Source of the DNA: Gemmatimonadota bacterium
GTDB lineage: Bacteria; Gemmatimonadota; Gemmatimonadetes; Longimicrobiales; RSA9
Length of the DNA: 64,000 bases
Direction: 5' to 3'
Assembly: GCA_040882575.1 (NCBI GenBank)
Contig: JBBEBA010000054.1
Coordinates: forward strand, 27,086 to 91,085
The notes under the pieces were generated by a model that was not told the DNA's origin, did not search any database, and worked only from the letters and a program-made list of their open reading frames with translations. Each line of letters begins with the position of its first letter. Position 1 is the first letter of the stretch. The translations under genes and the position numbers were made by a program. Shown here piece by piece: positions 38,661-48,602 of this stretch.

Positions 38661-40573
38661 CAGGCGGTCTCGCGCACTGCGGCGACGGCTCCGGCCGCGG
38701 CGAGTGCGCGCGCCCGCCCCGCAATCGCGGCCGGATCCAGGCCGACCTCGGCGAGCTGCTCCTCGCGTGTGGCGTGCTCGATGATGCGGTCCGGCACGGC
38801 CAGCAGGTCGAGCAGCAGCGGCTGTTCGCGGCGCGCCGTCTCGACATGCGCGGCGATGAACGCGCCGAACCCGTTCACGGCGGTGCCCTCCTCGATGGTG
38901 AGCACGGCGGTGTGGCGCTTCAACACCCAAGCGAGCGCCGCCTCATCGATCGGCTTCAGGAACCGGCAGTTCACGACCGTCGCATTGATCCCCTCGCCAT
39001 CGAGCAACGCCGCAGCTTCCAGTGCCGGGTCGACCATCGTGCCGACAGCCAGCAGCGCGACGCCGCTGCCGCGGCGCAGCACTTCCCAGGTGCCGTACTC
39101 GATGGCAGGGATGTCGGCGAGCGGCGGGACGGGACCGGGCACGTTGTCGCGCGGGTAACGGAGCGAAAACGGGCCGGCGGCGCGCTCGACGCCGAGCCGC
39201 AGCAGCGCCAGCATCTCGGCACCATCCTTCGGCGCGGTCACCGTCATGTTCGGAACCGCGAGCATGTAGGCGATATCGTAGAGGCCCATGTGCGTGGGAC
39301 CGTCGTTGCCGACGAGGCCGGCCCGGTCCATGGCGAAGATGACGGGCAGGTTCTGGATCGCGACGTCGTGGATGATCGAGTCGTATGCGCGCTGCAGGAA
39401 CGTCGAGTAGATAGCGGCGACCGGCGTGATGCCTTCGGTCGCGAGACCGGCGGCAAACGTGACTGCGTGCCCCTCTGCGATCCCGACATCGAAGTACCGA
39501 TCGGGATACGCATCGCCGAAGACGCCGGTGCCCGTACCGCTCGACATGGCGGCCGTGATCACCGCGAGCTCCGGCCGCACAGAGCCGAGCTCGACCAGGC
39601 CCTTGCCGAACGCATTCGTGTACGCCGGCAGTCCCGCCTTCTTCTTGGCCATCTCGCCGCTGATCTTGTCGAACGGCGAAGCGCCGTGCCAGACGACAGG
39701 GTTCGCTTCCGCGAGCGCGTATCCCTTGCCTTTCTTAGTGATGACGTGCACCAGCCGCGGCCCGCTCCAGCTGCGGACGTTGCGCAGCGTCGCGAGCAGC
39801 GCCGGCAGGTCGTGGCCGTCCACGGGACCCACGTAGCGGAACCCGAGCTCCTCGAAGAGAATGCCCGGCGTCAGCAGCGTCTTGGCCGTCTCCTCCATCT
39901 TCATGAGAACGGACTGCATGACGTCGCCGATCGGACCGGCCCTGCTGACGAGGCCCTTCACCTCTTCACGCAGCCGGTTGTAGACCGGGTTCGTCACGAT
40001 GCGGGTGAGGTACTTGTGCATCGCGCCGACGTTGCGCGAGATCGACATCTCGTTGTCGTTCAGGATGACGATGATGTCGCGGTCCGTGTGCCCGGCGTTG
40101 TTAAGTGCTTCCCACGCCATGCCGCTCGTGAGTGCGCCGTCGCCGATGATGGCGACGACCTCGAACTCATCGCCGTGGATGTCGCGCGCCGCGGCAATGC
40201 CGAGACCAGCGGAGATGGACGTAGCAGCGTGGCCCGCACCGAAGACGTCGTATTCGGATTCGGCGCGCTTCAGGAATCCGGAAGGACCGCCCTTCTGCCG
40301 GATCTGCGGAAAAGCGGCGTTGCGGCCGGTCAGGATCTTGTGCGGATATCCCTGATGCCCGACATCCCAGACCAGGCGGTCGCGCGGAGTGTCGAAGATG
40401 TAGTGCAGCGCGATGGTGAGCTCGACGACGCCGAGGCCGGGCGCGAAATGGCCGCCCAGCCGGCTCACGACGTCCACCATCCTTTCGCGCACCTCCAGCG
40501 CCACCTGCGGCAGCTCGTCTTCCGTCAGCCGGCGCAGCCCCGCGGGGTCAGCAATTCGATCCAGTAGTGCCAC
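38660..40573 (-). CDS. dxs: 1-deoxy-D-xylulose-5-phosphate synthase
   Basis: WDVGHQ, GDGALTSG...NDN, FDVGIAEGHA, YSTFLQRAYD and DGPTH motifs; GTG start after GGAGG (alternative ATG at 40609). Confidence 0.95.
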   Translation of the reverse strand: MALLDRIADPAGLRRLTEDELPQVALEVRERMVDVVSRLGGHFAPGLGVVELTIALHYIFDTPRDRLVWDVGHQGYPHKILTGRNAAFPQIRQKGGPSGFLKRAESEYDVFGAGHAATSISAGLGIAAARDIHGDEFEVVAIIGDGALTSGMAWEALNNAGHTDRDIIVILNDNEMSISRNVGAMHKYLTRIVTNPVYNRLREEVKGLVSRAGPIGDVMQSVLMKMEETAKTLLTPGILFEELGFRYVGPVDGHDLPALLATLRNVRSWSGPRLVHVITKKGKGYALAEANPVVWHGASPFDKISGEMAKKKAGLPAYTNAFGKGLVELGSVRPELAVITAAMSSGTGTGVFGDAYPDRYFDVGIAEGHAVTFAAGLATEGITPVAAIYSTFLQRAYDSIIHDVAIQNLPVIFAMDRAGLVGNDGPTHMGLYDIAYMLAVPNMTVTAPKDGAEMLALLRLGVERAAGPFSLRYPRDNVPGPVPPLADIPAIEYGTWEVLRRGSGVALLAVGTMVDPALEAAALLDGEGINATVVNCRFLKPIDEAALAWVLKRHTAVLTIEEGTAVNGFGAFIAAHVETARREQPLLLDLLAVPDRIIEHATREEQLAEVGLDPAAIAGRARALAAAGAVAAVRETA

Positions 40574-40605
40574 GGTCCCTCCTGCTCCTTGACGGCCGGA
40601 ATCTA

Positions 40606-41502
40606 TCATCGATCCCTGTCGACGGCGAATCGCGCCAGCCCGTTCAGCAGCTCGCTGCGAATGCCGCTGGCGGCCAGGAGCGCGATTGCCGCAGCCGACT
40701 CCGCGCACGCCGCCCGGCGGGCGCCGGACGCGCCGAGTGCCGAGACGAACGTGACCTTGCCCGCGTCGCGGTCCTTGCCCGGTGTCTTGCCGAGCGCGTC
40801 GGCGTCAACGGTCTCATCCAGAACGTCGTCGGTTATCTGGAACGCCATGCCGAGCCGCTCGCCGAAGTGGCCGAGCACCGTCACCTCATCGGCGGTGCCG
40901 GCGGCGAGCAAGGCGCCGATGCGCAGGGACGCCCGGAACAGGGCGCCCGTCTTCAAGGCGTGGATCCGGCGCAGCGCGGCCATGCCGACCGGCTCGCGTT
41001 CCGCATCCAGGTCGAGCAACTGGCCACCGACCATGCCGGCAGCGCCGGCACCGGCGCAGAGCTCCGCGACGACGCGCTGTCGCGCGTCAGGCGTAGCACC
41101 GATCGCGTCGGCGGCATCGGCCAGAATGCGACAGGCGAGGGGCACGAGCGCGAAACCGGCGAGGATGGCGGTGGTCGTACCGAAGACACGGTGCGTCGTC
41201 TCGCGCCCGCGTCGCAGCACGTCGTCGTCCATGCATGGCAGGTCGTCGTGCACGAGCGAATAGGTATGGACGAGCTCTATCGCTGCGGCCGCGCGCAGAG
41301 CGGCGGGCCGATCGGCCGCCGCGGGTTCGCGCGACACCGCAGCCATTGCGGCGAGACAGAGGACGGGCCGCAGCCGCTTGCCACCGCCGCCCAGCGCGTA
41401 GCGGACCGCCCGCGAAACGGCATCGTCGCCGGCGACCTCGTCCGCGATGCCGGACAGCGCCGTTTCGATGCCCGCGCGATGCCGGTCCATCAGCGCGGTC
41501 AC
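40606..41502 (-). CDS. ispA: farnesyl/geranylgeranyl diphosphate synthase
   Basis: GGKRLRP, LVHDDLPCMDDD..RRG, KTGALF and FQITDDVLD motifs. Confidence 0.92.
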   Translation of the reverse strand: MTALMDRHRAGIETALSGIADEVAGDDAVSRAVRYALGGGGKRLRPVLCLAAMAAVSREPAAADRPAALRAAAAIELVHTYSLVHDDLPCMDDDVLRRGRETTHRVFGTTTAILAGFALVPLACRILADAADAIGATPDARQRVVAELCAGAGAAGMVGGQLLDLDAEREPVGMAALRRIHALKTGALFRASLRIGALLAAGTADEVTVLGHFGERLGMAFQITDDVLDETVDADALGKTPGKDRDAGKVTFVSALGASGARRAACAESAAAIALLAASGIRSELLNGLARFAVDRDR

Positions 41503-41732
41503 GCCTGGTCGTCCACCCGCTGCAGGGTCGCGCCGGACCCCGTTTCGAGCAGCCGCTCGATGCGCAGCTCGGTCTGGCCGACGAGCGCCTCCGCGGCGCG
41601 CAGGTGGCTGACACCCTCCTCGAAGAGCTTCATTGCCTCTTCCAGCTCGATGTCCTGGCGCTCGAGGTCGGCCACGATGCGCTGCAGGCGATGGATGCGC
41701 GCACCCAGCGGCATCGGATCTGGTTCACTCAT
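41499..41732 (-). CDS. xseB: exodeoxyribonuclease VII small subunit
   Basis: RLQRIVADLERQDIELEEAMKLFEEG; lies between xseA and ispA. Confidence 0.9.
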   Translation of the reverse strand: MSEPDPMPLGARIHRLQRIVADLERQDIELEEAMKLFEEGVSHLRAAEALVGQTELRIERLLETGSGATLQRVDDQA

Positions 41733-42958
41733 TCCCGGTTCTCCTCCTCGTTGCGCACACGGCAGTCCACTGCGCCATCCACGACGCGCAGGTTGAACGG
41801 CGTGCCTGGCGCGAAATCCGCGCGATGTCGCAGTATCCGGCCCTGGACGTCCTGCGGCACGGCATAGCCGCGCGCGAGCGATTTGAGCGGCGACAGCGCG
41901 TCCACCTGCGCAGCGAGACGCGCGAGCGTGGCGCGCCGGGCATCCACCAGCCGCCGCATGCGCTGGTGCAGTCGTTCGTTGGCCCACTCGACGCGGCTGC
42001 GGCGGTCGGCGATCACGCGGTGAATCCGGTCGTCCAGCCGCTCGCGGACGAGCTCGAGCTGGTCGCGGCGCACCGTCGCGTAGCGGCGCAGGGCGCGCAC
42101 CAGTCGATGCTGCGCGGCAGTGAGCTCCTGCCGTAGCACCGCGCCATCCGGTACGGCGTGCTCTGCGGCGGCCGATGGCGTGGGGGCGCGCAGGTCGGCG
42201 ATCAGGTCCGCAATCGTGAGATCGACCTCGTGGCCGACCGCACTGATGACGGGCACGCGGCAGTCGATGATCGCGCGCGCGACGGGTTCCTCGTTGAAGG
42301 CCCACAGGTCTTCGGTCGAACCACCGCCGCGGCCCACGATGAGCACGTCAATGTGCACACCCTCGAACAGCCGGATCGCGCGCGCAATGTCCCGCGCCGC
42401 GCCTTCACCCTGCACGCGCGCCGGCGAGAGGATGACGCGCGTCCAGGGCGCCCGGCGGCGGATCACCTGAAGGATGTCCTGGAGGGCGGCACCGACGGGT
42501 GATGTGACGACGCCGACGACCCGCGGGTACAGCGGCAGTGCGCGTCGGCGCGACGGATCCAGCAGGCCCTCGGCGTCGAGCTTCTGGCGCAGCCTGTCGA
42601 ACGCGAGCTTCCAGAGGCCGCCCGCTCCCGTTGCATCAATCTGCCGCACCACGAGCTGGAAGTCGCCGCGCTTCTCATAGAGCGAGACGCGTCCGAACGC
42701 GCGAACGCGCGTGCCTTCTTCAGGCTCGATCGGGAGGCGTCGTGCCTCATTGGCAAACATGACCGCGGATACCTGCGCATCCGCGTCGCGCAGGCAGAAG
42801 TAGCAGTGACCCGAGGCGTAGCGCTTCCAGCCGGTGACCTCGCCCTCCACCCAGAGCGGCGGCACGCGCGCCTCGAGCATGTCCCTGACGAGCGCGTTGA
42901 GCGCCCTGACGCCGAGCGATACCGGCTCACCCGCCTGGCGGGCGTCCCGGGGCTGCAC
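41729..42958 (-). CDS. xseA: exodeoxyribonuclease VII large subunit
   Basis: SGHCYFCLRD, RGGGSTEDLWAFN, SAVGHEVD and RAPTPSAAAE motifs. Confidence 0.95.
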   Translation of the reverse strand: MQPRDARQAGEPVSLGVRALNALVRDMLEARVPPLWVEGEVTGWKRYASGHCYFCLRDADAQVSAVMFANEARRLPIEPEEGTRVRAFGRVSLYEKRGDFQLVVRQIDATGAGGLWKLAFDRLRQKLDAEGLLDPSRRRALPLYPRVVGVVTSPVGAALQDILQVIRRRAPWTRVILSPARVQGEGAARDIARAIRLFEGVHIDVLIVGRGGGSTEDLWAFNEEPVARAIIDCRVPVISAVGHEVDLTIADLIADLRAPTPSAAAEHAVPDGAVLRQELTAAQHRLVRALRRYATVRRDQLELVRERLDDRIHRVIADRRSRVEWANERLHQRMRRLVDARRATLARLAAQVDALSPLKSLARGYAVPQDVQGRILRHRADFAPGTPFNLRVVDGAVDCRVRNEEENRE

Positions 42959-42960
42959 GG

Positions 42961-43887
42961 TCAGGCGCGCTCTGCGGCGGTCGTCTTCGTCGCGTTCAGC
43001 TGGCGCGCGGCCTGAAGCGTGTTGCGGAGCAGCATCGTGATCGTCATGGGTCCGACGCCGCCCGGCACCGGTGTGATGGCCCCGGCCACGGCGGCCACCT
43101 CGTCGAACGCGACATCACCGACGAGGCGGTAGCCCTTCTCCAGGGATGAGTCGTCCACGCGGTTCACGCCGACATCGATCACGACTGCACCCGGCTTCAC
43201 CATGTCCGCCGTGATCAGACCGGCGCGTCCGACCGCGGCAATCAGGATGTCGGCCTGACGCGTCACTGCGCCCAGGTCCGGCGTGCGGCTGTGGGCAATG
43301 GTGACCGTCGCATTGCCGCCGCGGCCGGTGCGGAGCAGCAGCAGGGCTACCGGCTTGCCGACGATGTTGGAGCGGCCGACGACGACGACGTGCCTCCCTG
43401 TCGGGTCGTAACCGGAGCGCAGCAGCATCTCGATGATGCCGGCTGGCGTGCACGGCGCGAGCACCGATTCATCGCCGACGGACAGCCGACCTACGTTCGT
43501 CGGATGAAACCCGTCCACATCCTTGTCGGGGTCGATCGCGAGAAGAACACGCGCGGTGTCGATGTGTCCGGGGAGCGGCAGCTGCACGAGGATGCCGTGG
43601 ATCGCCGGGTCCGCGTTGAGGCCTGCGACGACACCCAGCACCTCGTCCTCGGCCGTGTCCTTCGGCAGCGTGATCTGACGCGAGTAGAAGCCGGCCCGAT
43701 CGGCCGCCTTGCCCTTCATGCGCACGTACACCTCGCTCGCCGGGTCGGTACCGACGAGCACGACGGCGAGGCCGGGCACGATGCCGGCCGCGCGCGTGAA
43801 CGATGCGGCTTCGTCCGCGAGCTCCGCCCGCATCACCTCGCTCAGCTGCGTACCGCTGATGATCTTCGCCACGTGTCCCGCGGTCAC
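42961..43887 (-). CDS. folD: methylenetetrahydrofolate dehydrogenase/cyclohydrolase
   Basis: KDVDGFH, PCTPAG, GRSNIVGKP and TPVPGGVGPMT motifs. Confidence 0.96.
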   Translation of the reverse strand: MTAGHVAKIISGTQLSEVMRAELADEAASFTRAAGIVPGLAVVLVGTDPASEVYVRMKGKAADRAGFYSRQITLPKDTAEDEVLGVVAGLNADPAIHGILVQLPLPGHIDTARVLLAIDPDKDVDGFHPTNVGRLSVGDESVLAPCTPAGIIEMLLRSGYDPTGRHVVVVGRSNIVGKPVALLLLRTGRGGNATVTIAHSRTPDLGAVTRQADILIAAVGRAGLITADMVKPGAVVIDVGVNRVDDSSLEKGYRLVGDVAFDEVAAVAGAITPVPGGVGPMTITMLLRNTLQAARQLNATKTTAAERA

Positions 43888-45449
43888 CGCGCGAAGTCCA
43901 CAGCGCGCGTTTCACGAATGACCACGACCTTGATCTGGCCGGGATACTGCAGCTCGTCCTCGAGGCGGCGCGCGATCGTCTCGCTCAACTCCGCCATCGC
44001 CGCATCGCCGATGTCCTCCGGGTTCACCATCACGCGTACCTCGCGGCCCGCCTGAATCGCGAAGCAGCGCTCGACGCCGGTGAAGCTGGTGGCGATCTCC
44101 TCGAGCTTCTCCAGACGCTTGACGTACGTCTCGACCATCTCGCGTCGCGCGCCCGGGCGCGAGCCGCTCACGGCGTCACCGGCCGTGACGAGGAAAGTCT
44201 CCGCGTAGCGGTGCGGTTCCTCGTCGTGGTGAGCCCGGATCGCGTTCAGCACCTGGTCAGGCTCGTTGTACTTCTTGCACAGGTTCCAGCCGAGCTCGAC
44301 ATGCGTGCCCTCGTGCTCGTGCGTCATGCCCTTGCCGACATCATGCAGCAGCGCCATGCGCTTGGTCATGACCGCGTCGAGCTTCATCTCGGCCGCCATG
44401 TTGCCCGCGACCAGGGCGACTTCCTTCGCATGCAGCAGCTGGTTCTGGCCGTACGAGGTGCGGTAGCGCAGCCTGCCGAGGACCTTCAGCACCTCCGGGT
44501 GGATGCCGTGCACGCCGAGCTCGTAGCAGACCGTCTCGGCCGCCTGCAGCATCGAGTCGTCGACTTCCTTGCGGGCGCGCTCCACGATCTCCTCGATCCG
44601 TGCCGGGTGGATGCGGCCGTCGGCTACCAGCTTCTCGAGTGCGATGCGCGCGGTCTCGCGGCGGACGGGATCGAAGCCGGACAGGATGACGGCTTCGGGT
44701 GTGTCGTCGATGATGACGTCGATGCCGGTCGCCTGCTCGAACGCGCGGATGTTGCGTCCCTCGCGGCCGATGATGCGTCCCTTCATCTCGTCCGACGGCA
44801 GGCTGACGACGGAAACGGTACTCTCGGCGGTGTGGTCTGCGGCAATGCGCTGGATCGCGAGGGCGAGAATGTTCTGGGCTTCGCGGTCGGCTTCGCGGCG
44901 GGCGTTCTCGCGGATCTCGCGGATGCTGTTGGCCGCCTGCGCCCGCGCTTCCTCCTCCATCTGCTGCATGAGCAGCTTCTTCGCCTCTTCGCGCGTCAGC
45001 CCGGCCAGGGCCTCCACCCGCGCCTTCGTCTCCTGCTGCATGCGCGCGTACTCTGCACGCTGCCGTTCGGCTTCCGCGACCCGGGCGTCCAGATCGCGCT
45101 GTCGGTCTTCCTGCTGCCGATCCTTCTCGACCAGCACGTCGTACTTGCTGTCGAGCGAGCTGCGCCGCTCCTCGATCCGATTCTCGGCACGGTCCAGCTC
45201 TTCGCGCCGGCGCGTCTCCTCGCGCTCCCACTCCTGCTTGGCGCGGTAGGCCTCTTCCCTGCCCTGTAGCTCCGCCGCCTGTCGAATGCGCTCGACATCG
45301 GCTCTGGCCGCGTCCAGGATGCGAGCGGCCTGCGACTCGGCATCTTCGCCGCGACGGCGCGCGCGCGTCTGCAGCAGCCACCAGCCGAGCACCCAACCCA
45401 GCAGAGCGGAGCCAATTGCAGCGGCGCCGATCAGCAGAGGAGTATTCAT
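43884..45449 (-). CDS. rny: ribonuclease Y
   Basis: N-terminal TM and coiled coil; KGRIIGREGRNIR KH domain; LLHDVGK HD domain; RPGARRE. Confidence 0.96.
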   Translation of the reverse strand: MNTPLLIGAAAIGSALLGWVLGWWLLQTRARRRGEDAESQAARILDAARADVERIRQAAELQGREEAYRAKQEWEREETRRREELDRAENRIEERRSSLDSKYDVLVEKDRQQEDRQRDLDARVAEAERQRAEYARMQQETKARVEALAGLTREEAKKLLMQQMEEEARAQAANSIREIRENARREADREAQNILALAIQRIAADHTAESTVSVVSLPSDEMKGRIIGREGRNIRAFEQATGIDVIIDDTPEAVILSGFDPVRRETARIALEKLVADGRIHPARIEEIVERARKEVDDSMLQAAETVCYELGVHGIHPEVLKVLGRLRYRTSYGQNQLLHAKEVALVAGNMAAEMKLDAVMTKRMALLHDVGKGMTHEHEGTHVELGWNLCKKYNEPDQVLNAIRAHHDEEPHRYAETFLVTAGDAVSGSRPGARREMVETYVKRLEKLEEIATSFTGVERCFAIQAGREVRVMVNPEDIGDAAMAELSETIARRLEDELQYPGQIKVVVIRETRAVDFAR

Positions 45450-45554
45450 GATATCTCCGAAGGGCGCCAGGAGCGCCCGGGGTATGCAACTTGTATTGAC
45501 TACGACAGTTATGCAGGGGCAGCGTACTGCCGCCGGGGGCCAAGGTAGCGGCCG

Positions 45555-45875
45555 TCAGAGACTGTCCGCAAGGTCGGATGACGCGAGGCTGTCGTCGATC
45601 TGCGCCGTCAGCGCTGTCGCGTGACGCGTGACATCCACCCGCAGCGTGTCCAGCTCCGCCCGCGCCTGAAACAGCTCGTCGGCCAGCGCGAGCGCCGCCA
45701 GGATCGCACCCTTGTGCGCCTGCACGAGCGAACCTTGCCGCATGATCTGCGACAGCGCACGGTCGACGTACGCCGCGCATTCGCGCGTATACTCGGGACT
45801 CGCCTGCGCGCGGATGCTGTACTCTTCGCCTGCGATCTCGACAGTGACGACGCTGCGCTCGCGCGACGCGCTCAC
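45555..45875 (-). CDS. zapA: cell division protein ZapA
   Basis: VTVEIAGEEYSI...AAYVD...AILAALALADEL; lies between pheT and rny. Confidence 0.88.
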   Translation of the reverse strand: MSASRERSVVTVEIAGEEYSIRAQASPEYTRECAAYVDRALSQIMRQGSLVQAHKGAILAALALADELFQARAELDTLRVDVTRHATALTAQIDDSLASSDLADSL

Positions 45876-46171
45876 CGCTCCTCCTCCGTGAACTGAAGCC
45901 GGGCCGCCATACGTTGTGCGACGGCGTGCGCCTGATCCATTCTCTCGCGCAGTGCCCGGTTCCGCTTCTCGAGCCGCTCGGCCTCTGCGGCGAGCGCAAC
46001 GGGGTCGAGGCGCCCGCTCGACACTCCCTGCAGCGCTGCTTCCAGCTCACGGGCTCGCGCCTCCGCGACCTGCGCACGCCGGCGCCATGCGTTGTGGGCG
46101 TCGAGCAGGCGCCGGATGGTGAGCTCGAGCGTGTCGAGCTCCGGCGGCACTGCGGCTCGCGGCTCAGTCAC
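45872..46171 (-). CDS. small coiled-coil protein (ZapB-like position)
   Basis: Heptad-rich; GTGA overlap with zapA; start is 46171 (GTG) or 46192. Confidence 0.65.
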   Translation of the reverse strand: MTEPRAAVPPELDTLELTIRRLLDAHNAWRRRAQVAEARARELEAALQGVSSGRLDPVALAAEAERLEKRNRALRERMDQAHAVAQRMAARLQFTEEER

Positions 46172-48602
46172 GCTGCTGGACTCCGAGATCATCGCTCAAC
46201 CGTTGAAGAATGCGACGTACGACAGTATCGACTTCCGCGTCGAGCAGTGTCCGGTCCGCGGCGCGGAACCGGAGGCGGAACGCGATGCTCCGCATGTCGT
46301 CCGGGACACCCCGGCCGCTGTAGACGTCGAACGGCGTTACCCACTCGAGCAGCGCGCCGCCGTTGTCGCGCACGACGCCGACGACGCGCACGGCCGGCAG
46401 CGCACGCGGTACCAGCAGCGCCAGGTCGCGCTCGACCGCCGGATGCTGCGCGAGCGGCTCGAACCGGAGCGGCGCGGCGGCGCGGGAGCCGAGCGGCTCG
46501 ACAACCACTTCCAACCCCCAGACATCGCCGGCCCACGCCGGCGCATCCAGGCGATCCGGCTGCACCAGGCCGGCAACGCCGGCAACTCCACCATTCTGCG
46601 GCTGCGCGAGCCTGAGGGAAAGGCCCGGGCCCAGCAGGGGCTGACCACTGCCAGTGCCGTGGCGGTCCGGCTCGACGCTCACCGGGTCGACGTCCACCTC
46701 CAGACCGAGCACGCGCGCGACGTCGTGCGCCAGCGACTTCAAGTCCCAGAAATCCACGGGCGCGTCGGGCTCGGACCAGTGCGGCGGCCGCCGCATGCCT
46801 GTTACCGCTATCGCGAGGCGCGTGCTCTCGCGCGGCAGGCCGCCATCGGCGGTCTCGAACACTGTCCCGATCTCGAACAGCCGGATGCTGCGAGCGCCGC
46901 GGGCAAAGTTGTACTCGACGCGCCGCAGCAGGCCGGGCAGCAGGGCCGAGCGAAGCCGGCTCTCGGTCACCGCGAGCGGCAGGAGCAGCTCGACGGATCC
47001 TTCGGCCGCCGGCGCGAACGCCGCTGTGTGCGCCTCCAGCAGGCCGCGGCCGGCCAACAGCGTGCGCAGTCGATTCTCCAGCGTGAACAGCGGATGGTCA
47101 GGCACCGCGCTCAGCCGGAACGGGCGCAGGTCGTCGGCGAAGGCGTCGTAGCCGTGCCGGCGCGCGATCTCCTCGATCAGGTCTTCTTCCCGTGCGACGT
47201 CGTATCTGCGGTGACCGGGCACTTCGACGCGCAGCACGTCGCTGGCCGGCCGGGCGACGCCGAAGCCGAGCGGCTCCAGGTACCGAACCACCTGGGGCGC
47301 GTCGAAAGCGGTGCCGAGCACCTGCTCGATGCGCCGCAGGCGCAGCTCGATGGCCGCCGGCGCGGGCAGTCCGCGACCGGGCGCAGCAACAGTGGTCTCG
47401 ACGCTGCCACCCGCCACGAGCACGATCAGCTCCGCCGCACGACGCAGCGCCTGCAGCATGCCATCCGGGTCCACACCGCGTTCGAATCGGTAGCTCGCGT
47501 CGGTGCTGAGCCCGAGCGCGCTGCGTGTTGCACGAATGGAAGCGGCGTCGAAGAGCGCGCACTCGAGCAGGATATTGCGCGTCCGCGGCTGCACCTCGCT
47601 GTCAGCACCGCCCATGACACCGGCGATGGCGATCGGTCGCTCCGCGTCGGCGATGACGAGCATGCCTTCCGTCAGCTCGCGCTCGACGGCGTCGAGGGTC
47701 GTGATTCTCTCGCCAGCGCGCGCGCGCCGTACGACGACGCGGCCCCCCAGTGTGTCCAGGTCGAAGGCATGCAGCGGCTGGCCGAGCTCGTGGAGCACGT
47801 AGTTCGTCGCATCCACGACATTGCTGATCGGACGCAGGCCGACGGCGCGAAGCCGCGTGGCGAGCCACTCCGGACTGGGGCCGACGGTCACGTCGCGCAC
47901 CACGAGCCCGCAATAGCGCGGGCACAGGCGCTCATCTTCAATGCTCACGTCCACACCGGGCGCGCGTCCGCGGGCAGAGCCGTCGCCATTGAGCTCGAGC
48001 TGCGCCAGCCCGGTGGCGCGGGGCAGTGCGTGCAGCCGCATCGTCAGGTTCTGCGCAGCCGCCACTTCCCGCGCGATGCCGGCATGCGACAGCAGGTCCG
48101 GCCGGTTCGGAGTGATGTCCACGACCAGGCGCGTGTCTTCGAGGCCGACACTCTCGATGAAGGAGCGGCCCGGCTCGAACTCGCCACGCAGCTCCAGAAT
48201 GCCTTCGTGGTCGCGGCCGAGGCCGAGCTCGCGAGCGCTGCACAACATGCCCTGGCTCTCCTGCCCGCGAATCTTTGCCCTGCGCAGCGTGATGCCGCCC
48301 GGCAGCTGTGCACCGACCGGTGCGAACGGGTAGTACGCGCCCGCCGTGACATTAGCCGCGCCGCACACGACCTGCAGCGTCTCGGCGCCGCCTGCGTCCA
48401 CCGTGCAGAGACGCAGCCGATCGGCGTTGGGGTGCTGCTCGGCGCGCAGCACGCGTCCGATGACGACATCGCGCAGCGGTGAGCCGAGGTCCACTACCTC
48501 GTCCACGGGTGCACCGAGCATCGCGAGCTGATCAGCGACCTCCTGCGGCGACACCTCGAGACCCTGCACCAGGTCGCGCAGCCAGCGATAGCTGATGTTC
48601 AT
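46164..48602 (-). CDS. pheT: phenylalanine-tRNA ligase beta subunit
   Basis: MNISYRWL, HPNADRL, CGAANV, TPNRPD, RFERGVD and EEIARRHGY motifs; C-terminal FDX-ACB domain. Confidence 0.96.
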   Translation of the reverse strand: MNISYRWLRDLVQGLEVSPQEVADQLAMLGAPVDEVVDLGSPLRDVVIGRVLRAEQHPNADRLRLCTVDAGGAETLQVVCGAANVTAGAYYPFAPVGAQLPGGITLRRAKIRGQESQGMLCSARELGLGRDHEGILELRGEFEPGRSFIESVGLEDTRLVVDITPNRPDLLSHAGIAREVAAAQNLTMRLHALPRATGLAQLELNGDGSARGRAPGVDVSIEDERLCPRYCGLVVRDVTVGPSPEWLATRLRAVGLRPISNVVDATNYVLHELGQPLHAFDLDTLGGRVVVRRARAGERITTLDAVERELTEGMLVIADAERPIAIAGVMGGADSEVQPRTRNILLECALFDAASIRATRSALGLSTDASYRFERGVDPDGMLQALRRAAELIVLVAGGSVETTVAAPGRGLPAPAAIELRLRRIEQVLGTAFDAPQVVRYLEPLGFGVARPASDVLRVEVPGHRRYDVAREEDLIEEIARRHGYDAFADDLRPFRLSAVPDHPLFTLENRLRTLLAGRGLLEAHTAAFAPAAEGSVELLLPLAVTESRLRSALLPGLLRRVEYNFARGARSIRLFEIGTVFETADGGLPRESTRLAIAVTGMRRPPHWSEPDAPVDFWDLKSLAHDVARVLGLEVDVDPVSVEPDRHGTGSGQPLLGPGLSLRLAQPQNGGVAGVAGLVQPDRLDAPAWAGDVWGLEVVVEPLGSRAAAPLRFEPLAQHPAVERDLALLVPRALPAVRVVGVVRDNGGALLEWVTPFDVYSGRGVPDDMRSIAFRLRFRAADRTLLDAEVDTVVRRILQRLSDDLGVQQRD

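Noticed and set aside
45484-45517. Second ARG box upstream of rny, or 6S RNA
   Set aside because: Only the half-site AGTTATGCAG matches, and the spacer is too short for a typical 6S RNA.
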